In this document: piece by piece, positions 40,444 to 54,831 of the stretch
Layout: the number at the start of each line of letters is the position of its first letter
Numbering within the stretch: the stretch's first letter is position 1
Origin: Octopus sinensis
Lineage: Eukaryota
Assembly: GCF_006345805.1 (NCBI RefSeq)
Contig: NC_043005.1
Span: 82,460,001 to 82,524,000, forward strand
Length of the DNA stretch: 64,000 nt
Reading direction: 5' to 3'
Program-made: the position numbers and the translations under genes
Notes under the pieces: generated by a model
The model's database searches: none
What the model was told of the DNA's origin: nothing
The model's input: only the letters and a program-made list of their open reading frames with translations

Positions 40444-40800
40444 GGCACAGGAGTGGCTGTGTGGTAAGAAGCTTGCTTCCCAACCACATGGTTCCGGGTG
40501 CAGTCCCACTGTGTGGCATCTTGGGCAAGTCTCTTTTCTTCTATAGCCACGGGCAGACAAAAGCCTTGTGAGTGGATTTGATATTCGGAAACTGAAAGAA
40601 TCCCGTCGTATTATATATGTGTGTTTGTGCGTGTTTGTGTTCCCCCTCATCCATTGACAACCGATGCTGGTTCGGCAAAAGAGACCGATAGAATAAGTAG
40701 TAGGCTTACAAAGAATAATTCCTAGAGTCGATCGGTCAGACTAAAGGCGGTGCTCCTGCATGGCCGCAGTCAAATGACTGAAACAAGTAAAAGAATAAAA
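40444..40800 (+). mobile_element. SINE family A, full length (older copy follows at 40847-41138)
   Basis: tRNA-like head, central gccttgtgagtggatttg...ggaaactgaaagaa domain, LINE-like 3' tail. Confidence 0.9.
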
Positions 40801-42869
40801 TAATATGAAGTTCATTTAGCACAATTACGAATTAATACGTAAGATGTAGACATGGCTGTGTGATTAAGATTTCTCCCCCAGCCATATCGTCTTGGGTTCA
40901 CTCCCACTGTGCGGCACTTTGGACAAGTGTTTTTTTTAAGTTGGTAGAGGGAAACTGAAAGAAAACCGTTGTGTGTGTGTGTTATGGTTATCCCTACGCC
41001 CGAGGCTTTGTTTTGTTTCGCAAAAGAGACCGATGGAATATGTATTAGGCTTGAAAACTACTTTGTTGCGTCGATTCAATCGGCTAAATCCTTCAAAGGG
41101 GTGCCTCAGCAATGTTGCATTCCAATGAAGGAAAGAAACGGTATTGTTTTTTGTTTACACGTTTTAATGTCGAGCGATATCCAATTCACCCGGTCTTCAA
41201 TATCTATTATAGATCAACCAAGTACAATCCTTCCACAGTGTGTGAACCAATATCGATTTCTTAACCTCCCTGTAACATAGCGGTACCATAAAAAATACCG
41301 AATGAACAAACACCACATTTAAAATTTGTACTGGGATAGATTTGCTTAAATATACGCATATGGGGATGCTTTAGCATAGTCGCAGACCAATGATTGACAG
41401 AAGTAAATAATATTTGCTTTAATTCGGTTATTTTCTCATTCGAACAATTGTAATTTCGATCAGTAACTTTTTAGGTCAGATATTTTCAGGAAACTGTATT
41501 TTCATTGAGTGTTACCGATCAACTGTTACATTACCGATAACAAAGAGTTCACTTGAGTTTCATTCTTTTCATGAATATGAACAATTAACAAAATATATTC
41601 CACGCAACATTTATTGCGATATCAATTTCTCAAAATACGTGCAGAATTTCATTATATCAGCTATATCTTTATATATCAGATATAATCTTTATGAAATACA
41701 GCAGGAAAATAGAAAGTATAAATTTCATATATAGTTGGTTTCACTTAGATTTAATGCAATGTAAATAACCTGTCGGTTTTTAACGACGTTCTTTTTATAT
41801 TAATTGAGATCTTAATTACCGTTGATTAATTCTCTGATGCTTGTGTATCAATTCTGTATATGGATACTATCAAATATATTGAAGCTGATTTTCGTGCTTA
41901 GAATATTGAAAAGTTAAATATTTTTTCAAAACTCGCTGTTCTGCTATATTTTTTCATAGCTGATCTTTTGCCATGAGAGATCATCTATGATCTAGTGCTA
42001 TGAGAGATTAACCCAGCTTGGTTTACTCAATACATTTTGTATGTTTACCACCACGTGCTATACTACGTAACGGCCATGACAGGTCGGGTAAAAATGATAC
42101 AGTAACATCACTGGCAATTGGATGACGTGGACCACGTCACATGCGTCTTCCTATTCAGGCATCCTTTGTAATCAAAATTCATTAAGATAGCATTGGTATC
42201 ATTAGATATGTGTCGGCAGAATGAGCTAGTGTTCTAATGCGGCGTTTCTGTTAGCCCTATGTACTTTAGTGAATTTTGGAAAATACATTTGCATACGATT
42301 CACTGTGATTTCCTTTCAAACGATCGATAGCAAAATTACTGTTAATCTTTAATTCATCCGATTATGCTAATCCCCGAAAACTATTTATTTTGTGTCAAAT
42401 CAAAGCCACTTCTCATCAATCTTATTCTTAAATGTGTCAAATGTTCGACCATATACAATTGTCATTATAAGAGTTTGGAATATTTCAAGTAAGAAAATCA
42501 ACTTTAGTTCTGGATTATACTTTTCAATGCTAGCTTAGTTTGCACACTTCTTCACCTACCCGTATTTCACATCTACTTCTTCAGTCTATGAATTTCTCTT
42601 CATGACAAAATACTTGTCTTTTAGAAGCAGCTATTTCGCCACTGGAATAATTCTTCATATCTAACCGGCATTCTTTTTTGTTAATAAATCTTTCAAAAGT
42701 TATTATTTGATTCCTGCTCAGAAAAACCACATTCTCAAATGTGTCTCCGACTTAGTCTGGCTTATAACATTAGCCAGTATGTTTTCCTAAAAATAATTTA
42801 TGAAATAATATTAACCATTTTGGAACTGGTGATTACATACACTTGATATTCAGAATGCTTGCCAATATA

Positions 42870-43742
42870 TTAGGTCAATTGCATGAACTAAAAGTCGGAG
42901 GGGGTTGGGATAAACTACATGCATCAACTTGCTATAAAAACAGGTAGTAATCTTACCTTGTTCTTATTCTTAGTGCAAGTTTTGAAAAGTGCAAAGCCGA
43001 TTTTAGCAGTTGTTTTTCATAGCTCTAATATAAGTGACAAAGGAGTATATTCGGCATACTTTTTTTTTATGGGTTCAATAAAGGCAACAACGCAACGGAA
43101 AGTGCGATGAATTTTAATGCAGTACATGGGGATCAGACAATAAGCGTAAGCCAGTGTCAACGGTGGTTCCAGAGATTCTGATCCGGAAACTACAACGCAA
43201 AAGACGAGCCTCGTCCTGGAGGACCTGTAGAGCTCACGAGAACGTCCTGCAAACCCTGGTTGAACAAAATCCCATCATAACTTTTGAGGAACTAGCACAG
43301 AAGCTTGGATTTAGTTATTCAACCATTCATTGACACCTGCACTAGAAGGAAAACGACCATCTTTGGATTCAAGACGAAGGGTGTTCTTCGATCAGGATAA
43401 TGCTCGGCCACATACAGCGAGGATGACATTCCAAATGCTGGAGCAGTTTGAATGGGAAAAGGTACCCCACTCACCATAATTCAGCGGACATTACCCACAT
43501 CTGATTATCATATATTCTGCAGTCTTCAAAATCATTTGGATGGGAAAAATATGAATTCTGTAGACGAGATCCGAACAGTACTGGAGGAGTATTTTTCGTT
43601 ACGGACAAGTGAATTTTGGAAAAGAGGCCTTGCAAGTCTACCAGATAGATGGAACAGCATTGTAGAAAATGAAGGAGAGTACATTTTAGATAAAAAAGAA
43701 CTTTGTTTATCTTAATTTTGAAATATTTATGGACTGACCCAA
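42870..43742 (+). mobile_element. Degenerate, internally deleted mariner
   Basis: CQRWFQRF, DNARPH and PTSDYHIFCSLQNHL...LPDRWNSIVENEGEY; TIR-like ends ttaggtcaatt and actgacccaa flanked by TA. Confidence 0.88.
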
Positions 43743-43894
43743 TATTTTCACTTTCTCAGTAATGAAGTGCAACCGACCTACCTCTTTTACAAAATGCTAA
43801 TCAGTTAAGCCCTTCTTCCTAATATACCTACACCTGAAGCTTTCTTGGAATTAGTTCATTATCTTATAATTAATTGCATCCAATAATTTGCATA

Positions 43895-44287
43895 TCTTTA
43901 TATATAAAAGTAAGGCTGTGTGCTGTCTGTCTCCTACGATTTAGATTCCTAACTACTCCCACATTTTGCGGTGCAGTTTAGCCAAAACAGGGTATCTTAT
44001 AGTCGTGATTCATATGGAGCCCTTCTGGGTATTAGCGCGCGTCTACGATGAGTCTACGATTTTTAAAAAAATACCATCAAGTTTCCCATTTTTAATGCAT
44101 TTTTGGCATATATAAGGGAAGTAACTCTCTAAAAATTTATTATTGAATCTCAGAATGTAAAAAGCTACAGTAACACCCCCCCTTTGTGGTTAGCCATATT
44201 GAGATGGCTATTATACTTTACATCTCTAAAAATGCTTATATAGTTATTTCCCTTACAAACCCGAGCAACGCCGGGCGATACTGCTAG
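43895..44287 (+). mobile_element. Non-autonomous Helitron
   Basis: A|TC...cccgagcaacgccggg-cgatactg-CTAG|T. Confidence 0.85.
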
Positions 44288-46102
44288 TTATCAATATATG
44301 ATAAGTTGTTGGTCTATATTTCCAATACGTATTTTAGGAAACGTCTGAAATACCTTCTTATAATTCTCTTGGTGTATTATTTACATAAATATTTTATCCT
44401 TTTCTTTATTTGGCAAATTATAGGACAGAAGTTATTTAACCCATATTGCCGGATAAACATTCATTATTTTATGTTTGTTTTTATACATAAATCTTCTTCC
44501 GAAGAATTTTCATTTGCTTTTTCATATTTGTTTTAAATTACCTTCCATAAAACCTTTCGCCTTACTCATGACTTTCCGATCTTTCCATTATCAAACCCTA
44601 CATTCCAACAGTCACTATAGCATATTCTTCTCCCTTTTAATGGAAACCTATTCTGTCCTGATCTATTTTTAATGCAGTTCTTATCGTTTCACACTTATTC
44701 ATTGCCAAATAACTTTACTACCCTCACCTTTGTTTCATTGCATACAACTTTTATATCATTCACACCTCCACCTCACTTTCTCCATGCCATGAAATGCTAT
44801 TTCTTATTACCTTTCATCATTTACTTGTCTTGGTGAGTAGAGGATGTTCCAAAGTCTTAGTGGTATTAGTAAAAGTATCAAGATTATTTTTAGTAGTAAT
44901 ACTTCAACAATTATTTATTTGTTCAAATTGGAATAAGGCACCACAATTCCAGTAAATTTGTACGTAGAAACTTTAGAAACCCATTATGAATTTATGCAGT
45001 AACCGTGTATATTGATTATACTCGAACGCTGTTCAGTGCTTCCAAGAGAGATTAATGGAGGGGAAAAATAATCTTCAGTAGACAAAAATTTAGCCAAGTT
45101 CAAAATATGTCTGACGAATTAGTGCTGGAAATGTTTGCAAATAGCTTTTGGCAGCTATAGATTTCTTTCTCATGCGCAAATCGTCTTGTAATATGTGATA
45201 AATCTTAAGCATTCATCAAAGGACAAGTCAGTCATTTCACTCTGGCTTTGTTTTCAGCTTCGATTGATGATGGTGCTGCTGCTGTTGCTATTGTCAAAGT
45301 GTTTGTGATTTTTTGCATGTTTTTCTCATTTGAAACTCCTTTGAGTATGCACCAGTTAATTTGATATTGTTGTTCCTGCTTATACTGTTGTTGTTGTTGT
45401 CGTTAACCGTGATCGAGGAGGCTTGTGAGGATAGACATTTCGGTTCTTAACAAACAACTCATACTTCAATGTGACATTTAAAAAAAGAAATTGACAGAGC
45501 ATGGCTTGAGTAAGATTTGGCTCATATTTCCTTCTAGTGGAAGGAACAAGTAGAGGGTCTCTCTAGTCGGCTCGAACGTTAGTCTATTTTTCCAAATAAA
45601 ATTTTCCTTTGAGAAATACGAGTGAACGAACTCACATTAATCAAACATTGTTCCCGCTATAAACTGCAGGCATTGCACCATCAACAACCGGTGCCTCAGC
45701 TTCCGGAACACGGGAAGACACGGAAAGCCGGATATCACGAATAAATAGTATTATTTGTAGTTTTTTCATCTAACGCATATCGGATCTGATGTCGCGAAAG
45801 TGTCAGACTATGTATATAGTCTTTGCTTTTGTTGTTAATATTTTATATTCTGATATATTTTGTTTATTGCATAGTGGTTTTGATTACACATATTTTCGAA
45901 AGTAATTTCTTACAACTATAGTTGTATATTAAAAATTGTTGAACACGAAAGTAATTTAGGTGTCGCGATAATTAACATTACCATAAACATATGTTGTTAT
46001 TGATTCTTTTTATCATTAAAATTGAAATTGAGTTGATTAATTTTCTGATTTGACGACATTATGTAAAAAATATTGAACGTTAAGTCAAACACAAGCTTGA
46101 AA

Positions 46103-46196
<94 letters not shown>

Positions 46197-46318
46197 TCTA
46201 CACGAGTATGGTTCGATAAATAATGATAGAAGGTTAGAAAGAAGGTGGGAAAGAGGAATTGCAGCGACTGAAAGAAAAGATGAGGGAAGAAGGTACATGC
46301 AATAGAGATTTATAGAGC

Positions 46319-46359
<41 letters not shown>

Positions 46360-46785
46360 TAGTAACCAAGGCCGATGGTAAGTGAAATAGAGTAAAACAA
46401 AGAGGGACTCGAGATTGGTGGAGTGCATCACGTGTAGGTGGGTAATAATGTTGATGTCTTAATTACTGGACCAATGTATTAGATAACTTTAATTTTCAAA
46501 TATGCAATTTGACCTCGCATGAGAAATGAAGTAAAATAGGTTTAATTCTATGTTTGTTATCATGATAAATGTTGGGTTAAAGGAGGGGATTGACGTTAAA
46601 ATCTTGCGTAAAGTAGTTCATTGATACATGAAGCCATTTACTAATACGGACACAAAGACACAGTTATAAGCATACGTGTGTATGTCACTGTATACACTAT
46701 ACATATATACATTTGTATTCATACATTATGTATTCATTGTCGCGGACACATATGCACGTGTATAAGTATATATAAAGTAAAGGAA

Positions 46786-47200
46786 GGTGGCGAGCTGGCA
46801 GAAACGTTAGCACGCCGGACGAAATGTCTAGCGGTATTTCGTCTGTCGTTACGTTCTGAGTTCAAATTCTGCCGAGGTCGACTTTGCCTTTCATTCTTTC
46901 GGGGTCGATAAATTAAGTACCAGTTACGCACTGGGGTCGATGTAATCGAATTAATACCTATGACTGTCCTTGTTTGTCCCCTCTATGTTTAGCCCCTTGT
47001 GGGTAGTAAAGAAATAGGTATTTCGTCTGTCGCTACGTTCTGAGTTCAAATTCGGCCGAGATCGACTTTGCCTTTCATCCTTTCGGAGCGATAAATTAAG
47101 TACCAGTTGTCTGTCCTTGTTTGTACCCTCTATGTTTGTACCCTTTGTCTGTCCTTGTTTATACCCTCTATGTTTAGCCCCCTGTGGGCAGTAAAGAAAT
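46786..47200 (+). mobile_element. SINE family B with tandem partial re-initiation
   Basis: ggcgagctggcagaaacgttagc head and gagttcaaattc B box; body repeated from ~47017. Confidence 0.88.
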
Positions 47201-47217
47201 ATATATATAAAGTAAAG

Positions 47218-47540
47218 GGGCGTCACTTAGTGGTTAGGGTGTTCAGTTCACAAGCGTCAGGTCATGAGTTCCATTCTGTGTGCTACGCTTCTTTCTTTGA
47301 GCAACACAATTTATTTCACATTGCTCCTTCCGCTCAACCGGCAAAAATGAGTTCTACCTATATTTCAAAGAGGTAAGCCTTGTCACACTCTGTCACGTTG
47401 ACTCACCCTGAGAACTTAAGTATATGCGTGTCTATGCAGTGTTTAGCTACTTGCACGCTAATTTCGCAATCGCACTGTTCCGTTGATCGGATCAAATAGA
47501 ACACTTGTCGACGTCATAACCGACAGAGTGCCACTACCAC
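47218..47540 (+). mobile_element. tRNA-derived SINE, further family
   Basis: cttagtggttagggtgtt A-box head and gagttccattc B-box-like motif. Confidence 0.55.
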
Positions 47541-49884
47541 TATGTATTTATACATACACATAACGATTCTTTATTACACATATACCTTTACATATGTATG
47601 CATGTAAGCATATATATAAGCTTGTACGCATGCAAGTGTGTACACACACGCGCACGCAGAAAATAGGATAAGATATAAACAGGCTGGTTAAATAGGCTGT
47701 TGCAGTTAATAAGTCATTTATATTAATAGAGAAGATAGGTCAGAAACATAAAAATTTTGCAGAAAACCAAGATAAATCGAGGAATAAAAGGTCGTAGTGA
47801 CCCGGAGTAGACATATACATGTCCAGGAAATTCATATTATAACATCGTGGTTGAGGAAAATTCGTGCAGTCCTTGATGATGGTAAGAAGAGCTTGTTAAG
47901 GTCTCTCTCGCCCTATCCCACTTTCCCTCTCCCTCTCCTTACACACACACACACAGACATATATATATATATAAATAATTTATACTCCCTAATATTATAT
48001 ATATATCGTATACTTCTTTCAGCCAATACACTGAGGCCACACTGGGGTAACACCTTGTAGAATCTTCGATCCCTATTTTTATTACATTTTAAAACCTGTT
48101 ACTTATCTAATTGTCAATTTTGTATAGTCGCTAGTTTGCCGGGTGGTGGTGGAGTACAAACATAGACACAAAGATACACACACATTTAAACACATACATG
48201 CATACATACATACATACGAACGTACGTACGTATATATGAATGTGTGTACGTATACATTGGTGCACTTGATTACGTCTCTTTATTTGACCTTCTATTTTTC
48301 CTGAATAGATAGAATAAATTGCCAGTCAGTTTATTGGATGTGATTATTGCTTACCATTGACTCTATGATAATTGATACCGATTCTGGAAACAATTAATTT
48401 TAGAGGATTATATGAAAGCTACGTCAGCTGTTCAAAATGCCTAACAGCATTTTACTAAGCCCTTAATTAATCTGGTTTCAAATCCTTTTAGGGTTCACTA
48501 TTGTTGTAATATTTTTATAGCTTTCAATAAATTAATTACTTTTCTTCACTGAACTCATATCATTTCGATTCCCACCCTTTTGTATAATTTATTACTGTTA
48601 ATCTGTCAGAGAAACCAATATAGTTTCTTTCCCACAAGGTATAAAATCATTAATACTCTTGTAGAACAGGAAATTGGAGGTGGTGACGCTCATGCATTTC
48701 TTGTGGGTATTAGTAATGTAAATAAACATTTTAAGAGGAAATTGAAATCGTATTCTAAGCCTTTAAGAAAGAGGATATTAGTTCTTGCTCCACAAATCTC
48801 ATCAGTTTATGATAATGATTTCTAACAGAATCACAAGGAAACAGCTCTTCAGTCGACATCTGAAAGTACTGAAGTTTATTTTGCGGACTGAGGTAAGATA
48901 ACAGGCATAGTGCAGATTAGTAGGACTCGAACTCTGTACCTGAAGGATTGTTAAGGAATAACAGCAAAGCACTTTTCTTCAGAGTTCTACGGAGTCTGCC
49001 ATGCAATGTTCTTCCACAATTTAATAGCAATTATCGGTTGAACGATGTTTATAACTTTCTTTTAACTCATTCCAACGGATTCGAACGTGAGCATGCATGG
49101 AATTGGCTTTTAAATTTCACATCGGACAACGACTTATCCCTTTACCCTTTAAATGATGTCTGTAAATAACACACCCTCCTTGAGTGAGGTCAATAAATTC
49201 TCCGACGACGGTGTTCCAGCATGGATGTACTCCCTCACTGCCCGGCACCGCTCAACCCTTTAGAGCTTGACAGTAAAGCAACTTTTTCATTTATAGTATT
49301 CAGCAAATATATTATTTGTTGATGCGAAGTATTATTGGCTTCTTTGATGAGACGAAGCTCTTTACGTTTGTACTGAGAATATATATATCATGTGATTCCC
49401 GGTTCGGTGCCACAGTGCGGATCTTTGGTTGTGTATTTCACCGTAGACTTCAGTCGATCCTTATGAGTATAACAGGAGAGAAAGAAACTGTGAGGGATAC
49501 TTTTAAATGGATTTCTCTATTTCTCCAGTATTAGATTTATCTGTCGTTTCATGTTTATTTTATACATTCTGCCACTTACATGCCGATATATTATTGTTGT
49601 TACTGCTGCTGTTTAGTGCTAAGTCAAGCTTGATCAAACAGAGTGATCGTCAAAATTAATCCCGCCGTCACTTACCTGTTATTGGTGGTATAAGTAGGAC
49701 ATGTCACAAACCAGAAATAAAAATAAGACAATAGGGCCTGTTCCCCTCTCAGGGCTGTAAGACGTGATTAATGACAATTTGTTCACGTTTTCTAGTAGGA
49801 TCGAGAGAGCTTTCATATACTCGCCCCAGACGATCATCGGTGATTCCTCTTTAAACGTATGTCAGAAGTAGCAATAAATATTAT

Positions 49885-50076
49885 TTTCAAATTTTGGCGC
49901 AAAGTCAGCAATTTTGGGTAATATCGACCCCAGTTCTTAGCTGGTACTTACTTTATCGACCTCGTAAGGGATGAAAGGCAAAGTCAAGTTCAGTGGAATT
50001 TGAACTCAGAACGTAAAGACGGACGAAATGATACTAAGCATTTTACCTGGCGTGCTAACGATTCTGCCAGCTCGCC
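49885..50076 (-). mobile_element. SINE family B
   Basis: gatgaaaggcaaagtc...gaatttgaactcagaacgtaaagac...ctgccagctcgcc. Confidence 0.8.
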
Positions 50077-50675
50077 ATATTAGAAGCAGATAGGAATACC
50101 ATATACCACTTATATACTCACTAAACTCTTTTCTACCACATCTTTAATATTGCATAAAGATTGATAGCATTTTCAAAATTGGTAGGGCGCCCTGATGGCA
50201 TCTAGGCATTTCCTATTTCATGTCTCAATTACATAAAGTACCAGTCAAATAATGTTTTCGACAGAACCAAATTTAGCATCCTCCTCATTACCGTATGTAA
50301 ATTGTATACTAATATTTAATACTGTATAAAGGCTTGAAACTGATATAAATATGCGAAGTTATTGTATTGACTGACGAAGATTATTTAGTTCAGTCTTTCT
50401 GCGTTCAAGTAGTGAGGGAACGTATTTGCTATCGATGATTTTATCCCGAATGAGACGAGAGTACCAATTGCAGTCGTGTCACTGAATCAATGCCGTCCAG
50501 GAAACCCTTTCTTCCAAGGAGAGCACCATAACGCGATATCATGCATTTCTCATATGTATTACACCACAGTCTCATAAAAAATCAGGACAGATCAGATAAT
50601 GTAGCTACAGTCACACAAAAAGATGAAATGTTGACGACTAGAACTACTTTCCTTATATGTTTCCCCAAATAGGAA

Positions 50676-50828
50676 CGCGGTTACAATATTTATCTTCCTG
50701 TCTATGGAAGATAATTTCCAAAAACAAAATCCAACAAGGAGACGGATAAATCAATAACTTCCCAAGAGACAACGCAGATGATTCCAAGTAAAACGTCACT
50801 CACCTCATAAGCAAAAATAGATAGAATG
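50676..50828 (+). repeat. ~150-bp dispersed repeat; second copy at 57438-57592
   Basis: cgcggttacaatatttatcttcctgtctatgg...ctcacctcataagcaaaaata occurs at both sites. Confidence 0.85.
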
Positions 50829-52454
50829 TACACCGTCAGTGAATTTGTTACTAAATGTTCATCTTTTTTCCTTTTGCTGTATTCCTTTTAAGTTGAATCA
50901 CAATTAGAGAGCGACGGTGTGTGTGTGTGAATAATAGGAAGTTCCTATATAGATGTTGGTTAGTAATATATCATGTTACATTATAATGATGGTTACTGAA
51001 ACCAATATACGAGAACACAACCGCTCAGAATCTCGTGGTTGTCCTGATTTTGCCCTTTTGTATTATTCACCCATTATCACAGATCAGCGACCGATTACAT
51101 CGACACTGATTGAGTGAAAGCCACAGCTGACATCGGCAAGAATTGAACGCAGGACGTAATGAGGCAAAGCATAACTCAAGGCAATGTATCCAACGCTCTA
51201 ACGATTTTACCAATCCACAGTGCTACATTCCAAATTAATTTTAATTGATGGAAATCATTATTATTATTGTTGTTTTTATTTGTTTTCGCAATATTTCTTG
51301 ATACTGTTTCTCCCGCGGCAATGATTTCCTTCAGTTTCTTATTTATTTGATGATTAATTGCTCTTCATTTTACAAATTCTTTCTTGTTTCCTAGTTAGAT
51401 ACAACATATCTTACTAAATTTAGACTCTCTTTCCCATCGCTTAAACATCCACAAAATTCTTACGATTGTAACTTGTATCCCATATTTAGTGTCTAACACT
51501 ATTGTGCAGGACGTAAAACCCAGGCAATGGACGAAGTTTTTGATTTGCTGACGCGAATTAAAAGAATTCGCTTTTGAAGAAAGCATTTAAGAAGGCGTAA
51601 CATTCTAATGGTTTCGAGAAGATGAGTCGACGAATTGCGTTGGTAACTTTGTTCAAATGCTCTTAAATAATGCATGACTAACACTGCCCTCTATCCTTTC
51701 ACAATAATGTTGAGCAGTTGGGCTATTTAAAGGATATTGCCGACCGAGGCAAACGAAAGCCATATTCTTGACAGCTTAAGACTCGGCTTATATTGGAGGG
51801 GCTCAAAAGATATTAAAACTATTCTTACACTCCTGAATTCCTATAAAAATCTATGAACATCGTCTTATAATCATTTTACCTCATCGCTGATACTACAACA
51901 TTTACAAGTAAATTCTAAGGATCCTCATCAACTGAGAGATTTGCAAGTTGAACATATAAATGGGAAACATTTATTATGTAAGGCAATTATTTATTGCACC
52001 TAAGGAACTTAACAATCCAATTGCCATAGTAATATTTAATATATTTTCTCAATTCCACGTCATGGTCATCATATTGTCACGTTACATATGGCTAACGCTA
52101 CAAAACTTGAAAGTTTTTTATCGATCCACGTAACACGAAGGAAAAATATCTGTCGAGCAAAGTATTGATATATTGCTACAAAGAAGTGTAACGAACTGAC
52201 TGCTCTGGTTATACTAAGTTACCTTCTTCAATGCCCACATCACAGTTTGACGAACCACACTTTTAAACATCACTAATATCGATCTTTGTCTCGTTGTCTG
52301 CCACAATGAATCCTGCTGTTCGGTTAAAAAAAAAAATTCGTTTATAGGTATCAAAAGTCGGTTTATTTTCTTAATTTTATTTTCATTTCTTAAAACCTCG
52401 GTGTATGCAATTGGATCAGCATTACCTTAAAATAGCCACCTATGTACAATACCT

Positions 52455-52592
52455 TCCGACTTCTTTTATTTACAGGGCTTAGAAAAACTGAAGGATCGCT
52501 ACAAGTATGTGAATCTGAATAAAATCATAATTATCTGATCCTTCTGTATTTTCTTTTACCCAAAGCTAAGTACTTCTTGGTGCCTCCTCGTA
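52455..52592 (+). mobile_element. Mariner 3'-end relic
   Basis: FYLQGLEKLKDRY and terminal cctcctcg-TA. Confidence 0.5.
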
Positions 52593-53744
52593 TAGTTTCC
52601 ATCTATTAAATTCATTCACAAAATATTTGCCGGCTGGACATGTAGTAGTATATATTTACCCAACGTGCCTCATTGTGAGATTAAAACCGAAACCACATGG
52701 ATGTACAGCTATAAAGCGGGTAAGTAGCCATCTTTTTGAAACCGAAGAATATCAGATGAAATGTTCTGCAGGTTTGACTTCCATTTGATACCATCTAATA
52801 TCCGGCACTTACTTTCAAAATAAAATTACTTCACACGTCCTTCAGTAATTATTTTTGTCTGTTTTGAAGCAGAATACAGATAAATCAACAAGAATTGATT
52901 TACTTAAAATCTTCCATAGTTTAAAGTTGATAATTGCTTGTGATAGCTAAATGAAATTGGTTGGCGAAGTGAATAAACTGACAACTAAATAAAGCACCAG
53001 TTGTTCCCGATACAATTTCGACACTGTCATATCTTCTTACAGCTACTGATGGTTCAGTTAAAGCGACATAATATAGTTGTCATCAGTAGGCATTGCTTAT
53101 CGTTGGCATGATAGGAAACACCATGTAATTAAAATCCTGTGAATGTCCAACGACCAAACAGACGGAATACATGTTGTTTTCGCTGTATATTTTCATCATC
53201 ATCAAGCCATGAACATTACCGTCTCCAGACCAAAGATTTATACAGTCACTTAACCGGTTTCTATGGCATATAATTGACCGATATCAAAACAATACCCTTG
53301 AACTGGACTCTAGTCTGTTGTAGAGTTACTCATTTACAGCTTGGTGGACTGGTGCACCATGATATGAAGCATTTTGCTCAAGAACACAATCACCTCCTGA
53401 TCTAGGAATTGAAATCGTGACCTTGTGATGGTAAGTACAACATCGTAACCACTAGGACACCTGATGTTTCTCTGTATAGCTTGAATGGAATACATTTGTT
53501 GGAAATAAAGAACAGGAATTGAGAATGTTTCATCTGACAGTAGGTGTTTGAAATTAAGGATGTTCTTATGGTTCCTAGATGTTTCCCAATAAGTGAGATT
53601 CAAATATTTTACTTTGTTATTTATTATTCACTTCGAGGAAGTCAAACATTCTGTAGGATATTTCAAGTCTCTTCCAATCACGTGAAATTATTGCAACCGA
53701 TGGCATGACTGAACCTGTGCAGGGCAATGTCTGCAAAAGAAAGA

Positions 53745-54528
53745 AAATTGCTTGCTTGGCGGATCACTATCTGAGCTTATTATCTAAATTCAGCTGATTA
53801 TTTCTGCTTTAAATGGCATCCCGTAAAGAACACGACATTATAAAATCATTTTCTTGTATTATGACACAAATGTTGCTTACTTATTTCTTTATTGCTCACA
53901 ACGGGCTAAACATAGAGGGGACAAACAAGGACAGACAAAGGAATTAAGTTGATTACATCGACCCCAGTGCGTAACTGGTACTTAATTTATCGACGCCGAA
54001 AGGATGAAAGGAAGTATATTCCAAATGCTTTCAATGGAGTGAAATTCTCTACATTAACCCAAAGATTACATGATGTTATTAAGTGTATCAAAGGGATACA
54101 TTAGTATCAGAACTCAAGTGCAACATCGACGCCAAGTAAGCAACATTTTAGGCGGTAAGCTGGCTGAAACGTTAGCACGCTGGGCGAAATGCTTAGCGGC
54201 ATTTCGTCTGCCCCTACGTTCTGAGTTCAAATTCCGCCGAGGTCGATTTGCCTTTCATCCTTTCGGCGTCGATAAATAAAGTACCATTTACGCACTGGAG
54301 TCGATGTAATCGACTTAATTCCTTTGTCTGTCCTTGTTTGTCCCCTCTATATTTAGCCCGTTGTGGGCAATAAAGAAATAAGTAAGCAACATTTGTGTCA
54401 TAATACAAGAAAATGATTTTATAAATTCGAATTCGTTACGGGCTGCCATCTAAAGCATAACTGATCAACTGAATTTACATAAGCTCAGATACTGTTCGAA
54501 CTTTTTCCCACCACCAAGCAAGCAATTT
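53745..54528. repeat. Inverted duplication (53745-54011 vs 54251-54528) including part of a SINE and its flank
   Basis: Direct reverse-complement match of the two arms. Confidence 0.88.
54149..54379 (+). mobile_element. SINE family B with 15-bp TSD
   Basis: aagtaagcaacattt at 54134-54148 and 54380-54394. Confidence 0.92.
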
Positions 54529-54831
54529 ACTCACAATGAAGTTGCTTATATCTTAATGATATATGCCACAGTATATGGTTATATGGGTCATGCAATGGTG
54601 ATATAATTTTGAAATTAATTCATGATTATTACACAATAAAAATAAGTGGTAATAGTTAAACAACCATTTCCTTTGTACAAATTTGTCACCGTCCATTTAG
54701 CATCGTCTTTACCGGTGCTATTTTTATCACTATTTATATTAAGAAAAAGTAAGTGAAATGTGTTGATTGATATCATCAGAGAACGCTCCTTGTATGCGCA
54801 ACTCACTTCGTGTTCTTTATATATATATATA

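Noticed and set aside
51550-51640. Tigger/pogo-like KEFA...SNGFEK peptide
   Set aside because: Too short and interrupted to support without a database search
53004-53092. Minus-strand CTGATGA...GAAAT...ATC as a hammerhead
   Set aside because: Stem II is out of register and stem I does not pair
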